Assembly: GCA_963705505.1 (NCBI GenBank)
Contig: CAVPJU010000010.1
Location: 32,001 to 96,000, forward strand
Direction of reading: 5' to 3'
DNA: 64,000 nt
DNA from: an uncultured bacterium
GTDB lineage: Bacteria; Desulfobacterota_D; UBA1144; Nemesobacterales; UBA2774
Of this stretch, positions 48,325 through 57,478 are shown in pieces. A model generated the notes under the pieces. The model worked only from the letters and a program-made list of their open reading frames with translations. It ran no database searches and had not been told where the DNA came from. Within the stretch, counting starts at the first letter, position 1. Every line of letters starts with the position of its first letter. The translations under genes were made by a program, and so were the position numbers.

Positions 48325-48344
48325 ATGAGTGAGCGCACACTCAT
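48325..48344. promoter_or_regulatory. Palindromic operator candidate (TetR-type)
   Basis: ATGAGTG-AGCGCA-CACTCAT: perfect 7-bp inverted arms upstream of the nos operon. Confidence 0.55.
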
Positions 48345-48381
48345 TTTTTGTACTATTTTCTGACATACGACAGGGACGGGT

Positions 48382-48395
48382 TTCATTAATATCAA
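48382..48395. promoter_or_regulatory. FNR/DNR-like box
   Basis: TTCAT-TAAT-ATCAA has one mismatch to TTGAT-N4-ATCAA and lies 65 bp upstream of the cytochrome c start. Confidence 0.5.
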
Positions 48396-48459
48396 TCGTT
48401 CCCGATAGTTACGATTGGCATTTAACTTTCTTAATAGTAATCGCAAAAGGAGGCTTTGC

Positions 48460-48867
48460 ATGTTGAAAAATAAGACTTTCTCATTCCCCGCCAGGATGCT
48501 GTTTATGATGCTGGTCGTTACTTTAAGTTTTCACATTTTTGTTCCCGTTTCCATCGGTTCGTCTGACGATGAGGTCGTGGAGAAGGGCCAAAAGGTTTTT
48601 CAGGACAAGGGATGTGTGGCGTGTCACTCGATAGGGAAGGGCAAGATCACAGGGCCCGACCTCTTCGGCGTTACTCAAAGGAGAGATCCGGCTTGGATTA
48701 AGAAATGGATCATGTCCCCCGATACCATGATCATGTCGGACCCCATCGCGAAAGAATTATTCAAACAATACATGGTTCCGATGCCTAATCAGGGGCTCAC
48801 GGACGAACAGGCGGACATACTCATTGAGTATTTCAAGTATCAAGATGCTAACAACGCAAAAAAGTAA
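48460..48867 (+). CDS. Monoheme cytochrome c (nos-associated)
   Basis: AGGAGG RBS; signal/TM segment; CVACH...GPDL...MPN. Confidence 0.9.
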   Translation: MLKNKTFSFPARMLFMMLVVTLSFHIFVPVSIGSSDDEVVEKGQKVFQDKGCVACHSIGKGKITGPDLFGVTQRRDPAWIKKWIMSPDTMIMSDPIAKELFKQYMVPMPNQGLTDEQADILIEYFKYQDANNAKK

Positions 48868-48906
48868 ATCTATGAGAAACCTTTTTACACAAGGAGGTAC
48901 GTAAAC

Positions 48907-50951
48907 ATGTCAGGATTGAAGAAGTGGATCACATTATTGCCGGTTTTTTTCTTGGCTCTGACTACGGTCTTTTTTACGAGCTGTAGGAATTCCGGTAGTG
49001 AGAAGCAGGCGAGTAAACAGGAGACCGTAACATGGGGATTGTCCGAGAGGCGGAGCAGGTAGCGGAGTCGAGGGGTCTTACGCCCAAGGACGTTGAGGCC
49101 GCTCTCAAGACTTACGTGCCTTCGGGGAAATATGACGATTACCTGATGTTTGCCTCCGGAGGACATTCCGGTCAGGTGTTCGTCATTGGCGTTCCTTCTA
49201 TGAGGCTCCTCAAAGAGATAGCGGTATTCACGCCGGAGCCCTGGCAGGGATTTGCGACCGGATCGAAGGAGTCGGACGATTTACTGAAAGAAGGCTATAT
49301 GCCCAACGGAAAAGACGGAAAGCTTACCTGGGCGGATACACACCACCCCGCTCTAAGCGAGACGAAAGGCGATTACGACGGACAGTTCTTATTCATAAAC
49401 GATAAAGCCAATGCGAGGATCGCAGTCATCGACCTCCGCGACTTTGAAGTAAAACAGATCGTAAAGACGCCGAACATGATCTCGGATCACGGCGCTACCT
49501 TTGTTACCCCGAATACCGAATACGTAATTGAGGGTTCCCAGTATGCAACGCCCCTTCCTTTCGAACGATACGCTCCTATGGATGAGTATAAGGACAAATA
49601 CAGGGGTCTCATTACGTTTCATAAGTTCGACAGGGAGAAGGGAAGGATAGACGAGTCCCAGTCATTCCAGATCGAGCTGCCTCCCTACTGGCAGGACCTC
49701 TGCGACGCCGGGAAGAAAGTCAGTGAAGGATGGGTATTCTGCAACTCCATAAATACGGAGCTCGCCACAGGCGGCATTGAGCAGGGCAACCCTCCCTATG
49801 AAGCGGGCGTATCTCAAAGAGACATGGACTATATGCACGTAATTAACCTGAACAAGGCCGTCGAGGTTTCAAAAGAGGCGGGCAAGACAGAGGTTATTAA
49901 CGGAATGAAGGTAATTCCGCTCAACACGGCTATCTCGGAAGGTCTTTTGTATTTCATACCGGAGCCCAAGAGCCCCCACGGAGTCGATGTAGCCCCGGGA
50001 GGAGATTATATAGTCGCTTCCGGCAAGCTCGACACACACGCGACGGTATATTCCTTCGACAAGATAATGGATGCCATGAAAAATAGCAAAATCGAGGGTA
50101 AGGATCCCTTCGGCGTCCCTGTACTGAACTTTAAGGATGTCGTCGCAGCGCAGGTCGAGATAGGCCTCGGGCCTCTCCATACGCAGTTCGATAACGAGGG
50201 TAACGCATATACGAGCGTTTTTATCGAGAGTACGGTTGCAAAATGGAAACTGGGCCCTCCTTACAATACGGGGGCAGACGCCTGGACCCTCGTTGAGAAG
50301 ATGCCGGTTGACTACAACATAGGCCACCTGGTTTGTGCGGAGGGCGATACCGTGTCCCCGGACGGCAAGTACTGTGTCGCGCTGAACAAGTGGTCCATAG
50401 ACAGGTTTACTCCGGTCGGCCCGCTGCATCCTCAGAATTTCCAGCTGATAGACATTTCGGGAAAGAAGATGCAGCTGCTTTACGATATGCCTATAGGCTC
50501 AGGCGAGCCGCATTACGTTCAGATGATCAAGGCTGACAAGCTCAAACCATGGCTCGTTTATCCGGAGGTGGGATTTGATCCGGCGACGATGAGCGTCAAT
50601 CCCGACGCGGCAAAAGCCGGGGGTGAGAAAGTCGTGCGGAGTAACGGAAAAGTCGAGGTATGGATGACCGCTATCAGGAGCCATTACAACCCCGAGCACA
50701 TAGTCGCGAGCGAAGGGGATAAAGTAATAATACATATCACGAGCGTGGAGCGGGCGAGGGACGCTACACACGGTTTCGCCATCGACGGCTACAACGTTAA
50801 CCTGAGCCTGGAGCCGGGTGAAAGCGAGACGGTGGAGTTCGTCGCGGACAAGGTTGGTGTGTATCCGTTCTACTGCACGGAGTTCTGCTCGGCGCTTCAC
50901 CTGGAGATGATGGGTTATCTCCTTGTTGAGCCAAAACAGCCAAAGTCATGA
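48907..50951 (+). CDS. nosZ: Clade II (Sec-dependent) nitrous-oxide reductase; 1-nt frameshift at about 49030-49050 separates the signal peptide from the catalytic body
   Basis: CuZ His motifs DTHH, DHG, PHG, PLHT, IGH, EPH; CuA THG...CTEFCSALHLEM; SGGHSGQ. AAGGAGGT RBS and ATG 48907 give MSGLKKWITLLPVFFLALTTVFFTS-C in a different frame from ORF 49032. Confidence 0.93.
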
Positions 50952-50954
50952 ACT

Positions 50955-51014
50955 ACTGAGGGCGCCCCATCCGGACCTTTAGTCACGGGAAGTGAAGGAG
51001 GGGGCGTCCTCGGT
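50955..51014 (+). other. Long intergenic stem-loop after nosZ
   Basis: ACTGAGGGCGCCCC pairs with GGGGCGTCCTCGGT (14 bp including G-U pairs); no U-tract follows. Confidence 0.6.
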
Positions 51015-51045
51015 TCTAACCCAAAACGGAATAAGGAGGTTTGTT

Positions 51046-51415
51046 ATGAAAAAGTTAATAGCGCCGTTTTTACTTGTAACTTTGTTAGTGTTAGCGGGCG
51101 CCGTTTACGGAGCCCAAAATGCAAGAGACTGCCCAGTCGTGGCAGAAGCAGGCAAACGATACCAGGGCAGCTGTTATGAAAGTCTACGGCGAGCTCGAGA
51201 AGCTGGATGTCAAGTCAGCAGCCGATGCGAAGGATCTTATTGCCGATGCCGTCGCCCAGCTCGGCGAAGGGGATAAGTACCTTAAGCAGGGGGACGAAGC
51301 CATGAATAAACAGGATTGGGAAAAGGCTAATTACGGTTATAACATGGCATGGCAGTATTACGTAAAAGCCGCAACATCCGGATTAAATGCAAAGAGAATT
51401 TTAACCGGACAATAA
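51046..51415 (+). CDS. Secreted alpha-helical hypothetical protein in the nos operon; 1-nt frameshift at about 51113-51119
   Basis: TAAGGAGGT RBS and ATG 51046 give signal peptide MKKLIAPFLLVTLLVLAGAVYGA. Removing one base from GCCCAAAATG joins it to ORF 51119 (MQETAQSWQ...), 122 aa. Confidence 0.7.
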
Positions 51416-51548
51416 AAACTCAGGAGAACGGCGGTTCTCCCATACGACTGGGGACGCTCTTGAATAGCGGATATTTTAGAGTATTCCCCGCCGGTTGTTC
51501 AGAAGGGCCGATCTGAATACGATGTTATTACGAACGGAGGTTTAAAAA

Positions 51549-52202
51549 ATGAAAGAAAACGAATTGATATTCGGGCCGCGAATACCGAAGGAGCTGTGGG
51601 AGAAGGAGAGAAAGAGGTTTCTTGTTCCTTCGATCGTCCTCGTCGTTGCCGCGGTGCTGCTTTTCATCTCGATATTTCTCCCTTATTGGAAACTTACACT
51701 TTTCGCGCCTCAGTATCCTCAGGGTCTCAAAGCCAGTATGTACGTAAACAGGCTTGCGGGGGATATTCAGGAGATAGACGGGCTCAATCACTATATAGGA
51801 ATGAAGCCCATGGACGAGGCTGCCGTGCTCGAACGCACGCTCAGCATATTCATGATCATCGGTATAGCGCTCCTCATCGCGGGGGCCGTATACGTGCACA
51901 GCCCGATTGCGCTTTTCCTGTGCATCCCGGCGGTGCTTTACCCCGCGTTCTTTCTGGGCGACCTCTATTTCTGGATGCGGACCTTCGGCACGAACCTTAA
52001 TCCGCACGCCCCTTTAAGCAGTGCGATAAAGCCCTTCGTACCACCCATACTCGGCGTGGGCCAGATCGCACAATTCAAGACTATCGCGAGCTGGGAGATA
52101 GGTCTCTATATGTCTATCGCGGCTTCGGTACTGATTGTCATAGGCCTCTACTTTCATCGTAAAGCTTATAAGCCGTTAATAGTAAATGAAGGCGTCAGGT
52201 AG
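51549..52202 (+). CDS. nosB: NosB-like membrane protein of clade II nos clusters
   Basis: P.W...L.APQYP.GL, I..LNHYIGM, G.NL.P.AP...PP..G; 4 TM; lies between nosZ and nosD. Confidence 0.8.
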   Translation: MKENELIFGPRIPKELWEKERKRFLVPSIVLVVAAVLLFISIFLPYWKLTLFAPQYPQGLKASMYVNRLAGDIQEIDGLNHYIGMKPMDEAAVLERTLSIFMIIGIALLIAGAVYVHSPIALFLCIPAVLYPAFFLGDLYFWMRTFGTNLNPHAPLSSAIKPFVPPILGVGQIAQFKTIASWEIGLYMSIAASVLIVIGLYFHRKAYKPLIVNEGVR

Positions 52203-52228
52203 AGAAAGGTGTAAATCCCGGGTGACCC

Positions 52229-53629
52229 GTGACTAAATATTGCCTTCTACATTTTTCCACGATCGTTATTCTTGCCCTCTCCGGAGCTGTGAACGGAGCG
52301 GCTGTCGCCAGGACAATCCATGTCTCACCGGACGGCCCCGTAAGATCAATTACTGAGGCTATAGCTTCTGCTGAGAGCGGTGATACCATACGCATCCTGA
52401 AGGGAGACTATAAAGAACATATAGTAATCAACAAGACTTTAACAATTATAGGAGAGGGTTATCCCCGCATAGACGGCGGGGGGAAAGGAGTCGTCGTTTT
52501 AATAAAAGCCCCGAGTACCGTATTCAGGGGTATTCATGTGACGGGGAGCGGCGACAGCCTGAACCTTGAGGACGCTGGTATTATCCTCGATTCCGCACAC
52601 GGGAGCGTCATAAAAGAAAACCGGCTCGATGATGTGCTCTTCGGTATATACCTCAAAAACTCTCCCGACAGTGTAATAGAAAAGAACGTCGTCGAGGGCA
52701 AGCGGCTTACACTTCCCGAACGCGGCGACGGAATAAAGCTCTGGTACAGCTCAGGGACGAAGATACTCTATAACCGGGTCCTCCACACTAGGGACCTTGT
52801 TATTTGGTGGTCGAGCAATACGCTTATAAAAGGGAATACCGTCGAGGAAGGAAGATACGGACTTCATTACATGTCGAGTAACCATAACAGGTTCGAGGAC
52901 AACATTTTCAGGAATAACTATGTGGGCGGGTTCCTCATGTATAGCAAGGGGATTGAGTTTTACAGGAATAGGTTCGTCAGTAACCGCGGCACGGGGTCGG
53001 GCTACGGAGTCGGGTTCAAGGACCTCGACGACGTAGTAGCCAAAGACAACCTTATCGCGGACAACCGCGTTGGAATCTTTCTCGATAACTCGCCCTACCT
53101 CATCGATTCGTGGAATAATATAAGCGACAACGTTATAGCTTTCAACGACATAGGCGTCTCCCTCATGCCTTCGATAAGGAGGAACGCTTTTCACAAGAAC
53201 AGCTTCGTAGATAACGACGAGCAGGTGGAGATAAGGGGAGGGGGAGAGCTTGCAGGGAACGAATGGTCCAAGGACGGCAGCGGGAATTACTGGAGCGATT
53301 ACATCGGATATGACGAGGACGGGGACGGGATAGGAGAGATACCCTACAAGTCCGAGAGCCTCTTCGAGAGCCTTATAGACTCGAAGCCCGAGCTCAGGAT
53401 ATTCGTGTTCAGCCCTGTTGCGAAGGCAATAGAGCTCGCTTCTCAGGCGTTTCCCGTGATCAAGCCCGAGCCCAAGCTCACGGACGACTATCCGCTCGTC
53501 AGCTCGGCGATACCGCCTGACCTCAGGGCAGGCGGGAGGGAAAGGGAGTTGTCGCCGAGGCTTCTTTTCCTGTCCCTCTCTATGGTGATGCTTCCCCTGA
53601 TCTTTTACGGCTACATTATGAAACGGTAA
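52229..53629 (+). CDS. nosD: Nitrous oxide reductase maturation protein NosD
   Basis: Beta-helix repeats, RGDGI.LW, RYGLHYM, GNYWSDY.GYD.DGDGIG..PY. Confidence 0.93.
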   Translation: MTKYCLLHFSTIVILALSGAVNGAAVARTIHVSPDGPVRSITEAIASAESGDTIRILKGDYKEHIVINKTLTIIGEGYPRIDGGGKGVVVLIKAPSTVFRGIHVTGSGDSLNLEDAGIILDSAHGSVIKENRLDDVLFGIYLKNSPDSVIEKNVVEGKRLTLPERGDGIKLWYSSGTKILYNRVLHTRDLVIWWSSNTLIKGNTVEEGRYGLHYMSSNHNRFEDNIFRNNYVGGFLMYSKGIEFYRNRFVSNRGTGSGYGVGFKDLDDVVAKDNLIADNRVGIFLDNSPYLIDSWNNISDNVIAFNDIGVSLMPSIRRNAFHKNSFVDNDEQVEIRGGGELAGNEWSKDGSGNYWSDYIGYDEDGDGIGEIPYKSESLFESLIDSKPELRIFVFSPVAKAIELASQAFPVIKPEPKLTDDYPLVSSAIPPDLRAGGRERELSPRLLFLSLSMVMLPLIFYGYIMKR

Positions 53630-53642
53630 ACGGGAGCTTGAA

Positions 53643-54542
53643 TTGATTGAGATTAAGAACGTAACGAAGCGTTTCGGAAAGCTGACTGCAGTCGATTCGG
53701 TGAGCTTCAGGGCTGAAAAGGGTGAAGCGGTTTCCCTCCTCGGCGCGAACGGCGCCGGAAAGAGCACGCTTATCAAATGCATACTCGGGCTCCTCGATTA
53801 TACGGGCGAGATTACGGTGAGCGGGCTCAGGGTGAAAGACCACCCGAAGGAGGCGAAGTCCCTAATCGGATACCTGCCGCAGGAGCCTCTTTTCTACGAT
53901 ATGCGCACACTCGATATAGTACGTTTCTTCGCGCGGCTCAGGAAAATTGACGAGAGGGGTTCATTGTCGGTCCTGGAGAAAGTGGGGCTTGGGGAGCACT
54001 CTTCCAAATACGCTTCAGAGCTTTCGGGAGGCATGAGGCAGCGCCTCTCTTTCGCTATAGCGCTTCTATCAGAGCCTATGTTCCTGATACTGGACGAGCC
54101 CACTTCCAACCTCGATGCTCACGCGCGCGCTGAATTCCTCAGGCTAATCAAGGAATACAAGGAGAACGGTAAGACGGTGATCTTTTCCTCGCACAGGCTC
54201 GACGAGGTGGACTATCTGGCTGACAGGGCGGTCCTGATGAAAGACGGCAGTGTCGTCATGGACGAGGAGCCGCACAGGCTGAGGCAGTCCCTCGGGCTCG
54301 GCACGAAGATGAATATCGCTGTCCCTGAGGAGTATGTCACACTGGCGTATTCGGCGTTCGCCGGTGCCGGCATAATAGTTCACGGCAGAAACGGAAGGGG
54401 CTTCCTCGTGGAGGTGAAGAGCGGGGACAGCCTCCATCCTCTGAGGGAGCTGATGTCGAGAGACATACCCGTCCTCGGGTTCAGCGTCGAGGAGCCTACC
54501 ATGGAAAATATACTCGAAGGAGCGGGAAAAGATGGAGCTTAG
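53643..54542 (+). CDS. nosF: ABC transporter ATP-binding protein NosF
   Basis: GANGAGKST, LSGGMRQR, LDEPT, SSH; lies between nosD and nosY. Confidence 0.88.
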   Translation: MIEIKNVTKRFGKLTAVDSVSFRAEKGEAVSLLGANGAGKSTLIKCILGLLDYTGEITVSGLRVKDHPKEAKSLIGYLPQEPLFYDMRTLDIVRFFARLRKIDERGSLSVLEKVGLGEHSSKYASELSGGMRQRLSFAIALLSEPMFLILDEPTSNLDAHARAEFLRLIKEYKENGKTVIFSSHRLDEVDYLADRAVLMKDGSVVMDEEPHRLRQSLGLGTKMNIAVPEEYVTLAYSAFAGAGIIVHGRNGRGFLVEVKSGDSLHPLRELMSRDIPVLGFSVEEPTMENILEGAGKDGA

Positions 54543-55371
54543 AAATATTCTCATACTGGCGGGGAAGGAAACGAGGGAGTCGCTCAAGAACAGGTGGTTC
54601 GTTTTATATACCGTCTCTTTTTCCGTCCTCGCCGTGCTCATCTTTTCTATAGCGCCCGGGAGGGGCGAGATCACGGGCATATCGGGCTACGGCAGGACGG
54701 CCGCGAGCCTGGTCAACCTCGTGCTTCTCTTTGTCCCGCTAATAGCGCTTATAACCGGAGCGATAAGCATATCCGGGGAGAGAGAGAACGGAACGCTGCA
54801 GTACCTGCTCTCGCACCCCGTAACCAAATCCGAGGTGTTCGTGGGCAAGTTCTGCGGGATACTCATCCCGATCTGTTTTTCAATTTCGCTCGGTTTCGGG
54901 CTCGCCGGTATAGGAGTCGCGCTCAGAGGCGGGAGCGGGAACTCGGCGGAGTTCATACTGACTGCGCTCCTATCGGGGCTCCTGGCTGCGTCCCTGCTGA
55001 GCGTGGGGTTTGTCGTCTCGGTGTTTTCGGGCAGGGCTTCGAAGGCGATAGGCGTCGCGGTGTTCCTCTGGCTCCTTTTTATCGTTCTCGGAGACCTCGG
55101 CATCATGGGCACAGCTGCAGCGATGGACCTCGGCATAAAGCAGGTCTTCGTGCTCGCGCTGCTAAACCCGGCGGAGGTGTTCAAGATCGCTTCCGTGCTC
55201 GTGCTCAGTCCGCGGTTCGAGATACTGGGCCCAGTCGGAGTTTACGCCGTCAGGACGTTCGGCAGGGAAGGGGTGGTCTATCTGCTCCTCTCCGTCATGG
55301 CGCTATGGACCATCATACCGTTCGTATATGCATTTATAACTTTCAGCATATTCAGGAGGGAAGAAGCATGA
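54532..55371 (+). CDS. nosY: ABC transporter permease NosY
   Basis: RTAASL.NL....VPL.AL, ERE.GTL..LL..P, GKF, NP...F. Confidence 0.88.
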   Translation: MELRNILILAGKETRESLKNRWFVLYTVSFSVLAVLIFSIAPGRGEITGISGYGRTAASLVNLVLLFVPLIALITGAISISGERENGTLQYLLSHPVTKSEVFVGKFCGILIPICFSISLGFGLAGIGVALRGGSGNSAEFILTALLSGLLAASLLSVGFVVSVFSGRASKAIGVAVFLWLLFIVLGDLGIMGTAAAMDLGIKQVFVLALLNPAEVFKIASVLVLSPRFEILGPVGVYAVRTFGREGVVYLLLSVMALWTIIPFVYAFITFSIFRREEA

Positions 55372-55802
55372 AATACTTGCTCATACTGCTTGTGCTCCTG
55401 GGTTTCGCCGCCTGTAAGGATAAAATCGATACCGGGCCTCATATTATTCATTACGGGGAAGATGTCTGCGAGAGGTGCAAGATGATTATAAGCGACAAGC
55501 GTTTTGCCGCCCAATACATCACGGAGAGCGGCGAGGCTAAAAAATTCGACGATATAGGGTGCATGATGGAGGCGCTCAAAGAGAAAAACAAGGACGGTGG
55601 CGGCGTGCTCGCCGTCTATGTCACCGACTACGTCACCGGGGAATGGATAGACGGCGGAAAGGCTTTTTATCTCAAAAACACGGAGCTCAAGACCCCTATG
55701 GGGTACGGTATTGCAGCTTTCGGAAACGAGGAATCGATGCGGGCGAGCCCATTTTATAAGGACGGGCGGGCGCTCGGGGGAATCGATGACCTCCAGAAAT
55801 AA
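55368..55802 (+). CDS. nosL: Copper chaperone lipoprotein NosL
   Basis: ATG 55368 overlaps the nosY stop (ATGA); lipobox FAA-C; C..C.M.I, FDD.GC, TPMG.G..AF. Confidence 0.9.
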   Translation: MKYLLILLVLLGFAACKDKIDTGPHIIHYGEDVCERCKMIISDKRFAAQYITESGEAKKFDDIGCMMEALKEKNKDGGGVLAVYVTDYVTGEWIDGGKAFYLKNTELKTPMGYGIAAFGNEESMRASPFYKDGRALGGIDDLQK

Positions 55803-55821
55803 ATAATCCCGGACGGTTCCC

Positions 55822-56409
55822 ATGGATAAAAGGATTATAGATCCTAGTGAGAAGATTCAGAGCGCCGCGCTTGCGCTCTTTATCAAAAAAGGCATAGCGG
55901 GCACGACGACAAAAGAGATCGCGAGGAAGGCGGGTGTATCCGAAGGCTCCATTTATAATTACTTCGAGAGCAAGGGAGACCTCGCGTATAAGCTCTTTGT
56001 CCGGTATATGGACAAGTTCAGGGACGAGCTCTCGGTAAAATCGGCAGGCGCGGACGGCCCCGCGGGAAAGCTATCCGCCGTCGTCGGGGCTTTCTTCGGA
56101 TTTGCCGAGAGAGAGCCCGAGGCATACGCCTATATAATGATAGGACACTACACCGAGCTCCAGAAAATGAAATATGACAAAAAGAAGCCCAAGGACGTAT
56201 TCGTCGAAATAATCGGGGAAGGCGTTAAAAACGGCGTATTCATGAGCATGGACGAGAACCTCGGGGCAGCCTTCGTCATAGGGATGGTTACCAGGGCGAT
56301 CCTTTTTCATAAGAGCGGCATGCTCGGTATGCCCTATGCGAGGCTTATAGAGGATACCGTGGCCTCTTCCTTACGCGTCCTCGGCGCAGACACGCCGCGG
56401 CCCTTGTAA
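55822..56409 (+). CDS. TetR/AcrR family transcriptional regulator
   Basis: AL.LF..KG...TT.KEIA..AGVSEG.IY.YF.SK..L; starts 19 bp after nosL. Confidence 0.9.
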   Translation: MDKRIIDPSEKIQSAALALFIKKGIAGTTTKEIARKAGVSEGSIYNYFESKGDLAYKLFVRYMDKFRDELSVKSAGADGPAGKLSAVVGAFFGFAEREPEAYAYIMIGHYTELQKMKYDKKKPKDVFVEIIGEGVKNGVFMSMDENLGAAFVIGMVTRAILFHKSGMLGMPYARLIEDTVASSLRVLGADTPRPL

Positions 56410-56522
56410 ACCCGTATAAAATTTTCATAGTATTAAACTTATCCGCTGGAATTATATCCCGGAATGTGCAGGTTATATTTATACTTTATGCATGCTGGTA
56501 AAAATTACACGGAGGATATAGA

Positions 56523-56915
56523 ATGCTCGTAAAAGAATGTATGACCGTAAACCCTGTGACCTTTTCCCCTAAAGAGGACGTCAGGGTCGCCTTTAACACA
56601 CTTACCGACCGCAAGATTCGTCAGGCGCCTGTACTCGAGAATGGAAAGCTGGCCGGTATAGTCACGGACAGGGACCTCAGGCTCGCGGTGGTGGAGACCC
56701 TTACGGAGCCGGGTTTGACTGTGGGTTCCGTCATGACGCGGGACCCCGTAACGGTCAACGAGAATTCTTTACTCAAAGATGCGGCCAGGGTGATCGGTAA
56801 AAACAAGTTCAACGCGCTCCCGGTGCTTTCCGATTCCGGTGAGCTCGTGGGCGTCCTCACTACCACCGATATACTCAACGGTCTCGTTAGAGCGCTCGAT
56901 GCGGAGAAAAAATGA
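56523..56915 (+). CDS. CBS domain protein
   Basis: Stand-alone CBS pair; paralogous to 45852-46442. Confidence 0.85.
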   Translation: MLVKECMTVNPVTFSPKEDVRVAFNTLTDRKIRQAPVLENGKLAGIVTDRDLRLAVVETLTEPGLTVGSVMTRDPVTVNENSLLKDAARVIGKNKFNALPVLSDSGELVGVLTTTDILNGLVRALDAEKK

Positions 56916-56973
56916 CGACCCGTTTCTTTCTATGTTTAAGGCATTAATATATTGTTGACAAAGGAGAGCCTTT

Positions 56974-57414
56974 ATGAAGATTGAGAAAATATTGTTTCCG
57001 ACGGATTTCTCCGCCAGGTCGCTCAGCGCGAGGGAGCACGCGCTTTACCTCGCCCGGGCCCTCGACTCGTCCGTTTATCTGCTTCACGCGATAGAGCCTC
57101 TGAAATACGAGGAGGTGGACGACGAGATCAGGGAATTTTATAAGACGCTCGAGACCCAGCTCGGTGAAAAAATGGAACGGGAAAAAGAGGTCTTTGAAAA
57201 AAGGGGTCTAAGGGTGGATACGGACATAGTTATCGGTCAGAGGTGGAGGGTAATAGACACATATGCCAAAGAGAAGGGAATCGACCTGATAATCATGGGG
57301 TCGCACGGCATCAGGACCGAGACGGGGGAGGTTTCCGTGGGCACGACTAGCCACAAGGTCATGTTCTCGTCCCCATGCCCCGTTCTGATAGTGAGGCACG
57401 ACGAAGCCCGTTAG
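56974..57414 (+). CDS. Universal stress protein
   Basis: ILFPTDFS, DLIIMGSHG, G.T..KV...SPCPVLIV. Confidence 0.9.
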   Translation: MKIEKILFPTDFSARSLSAREHALYLARALDSSVYLLHAIEPLKYEEVDDEIREFYKTLETQLGEKMEREKEVFEKRGLRVDTDIVIGQRWRVIDTYAKEKGIDLIIMGSHGIRTETGEVSVGTTSHKVMFSSPCPVLIVRHDEAR

Positions 57415-57478
57415 TAATATTCTTAATGAGATTTTTACAAAACTGATATAAAATTAGGGCATATTATTACAGGAGGAG

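Noticed and set aside
48415..48431. Sigma54 promoter upstream of the nos operon (TTGGCATTTAACTTTCT)
   Set aside because: The -12 element is TTTC rather than TTGC; the conserved G is missing.
54594..55802. 402-aa ORF-track call as a long NosL
   Set aside because: The N-terminal part is an off-frame overlap of nosY; real NosL starts at ATG 55368 with a lipoprotein signal.
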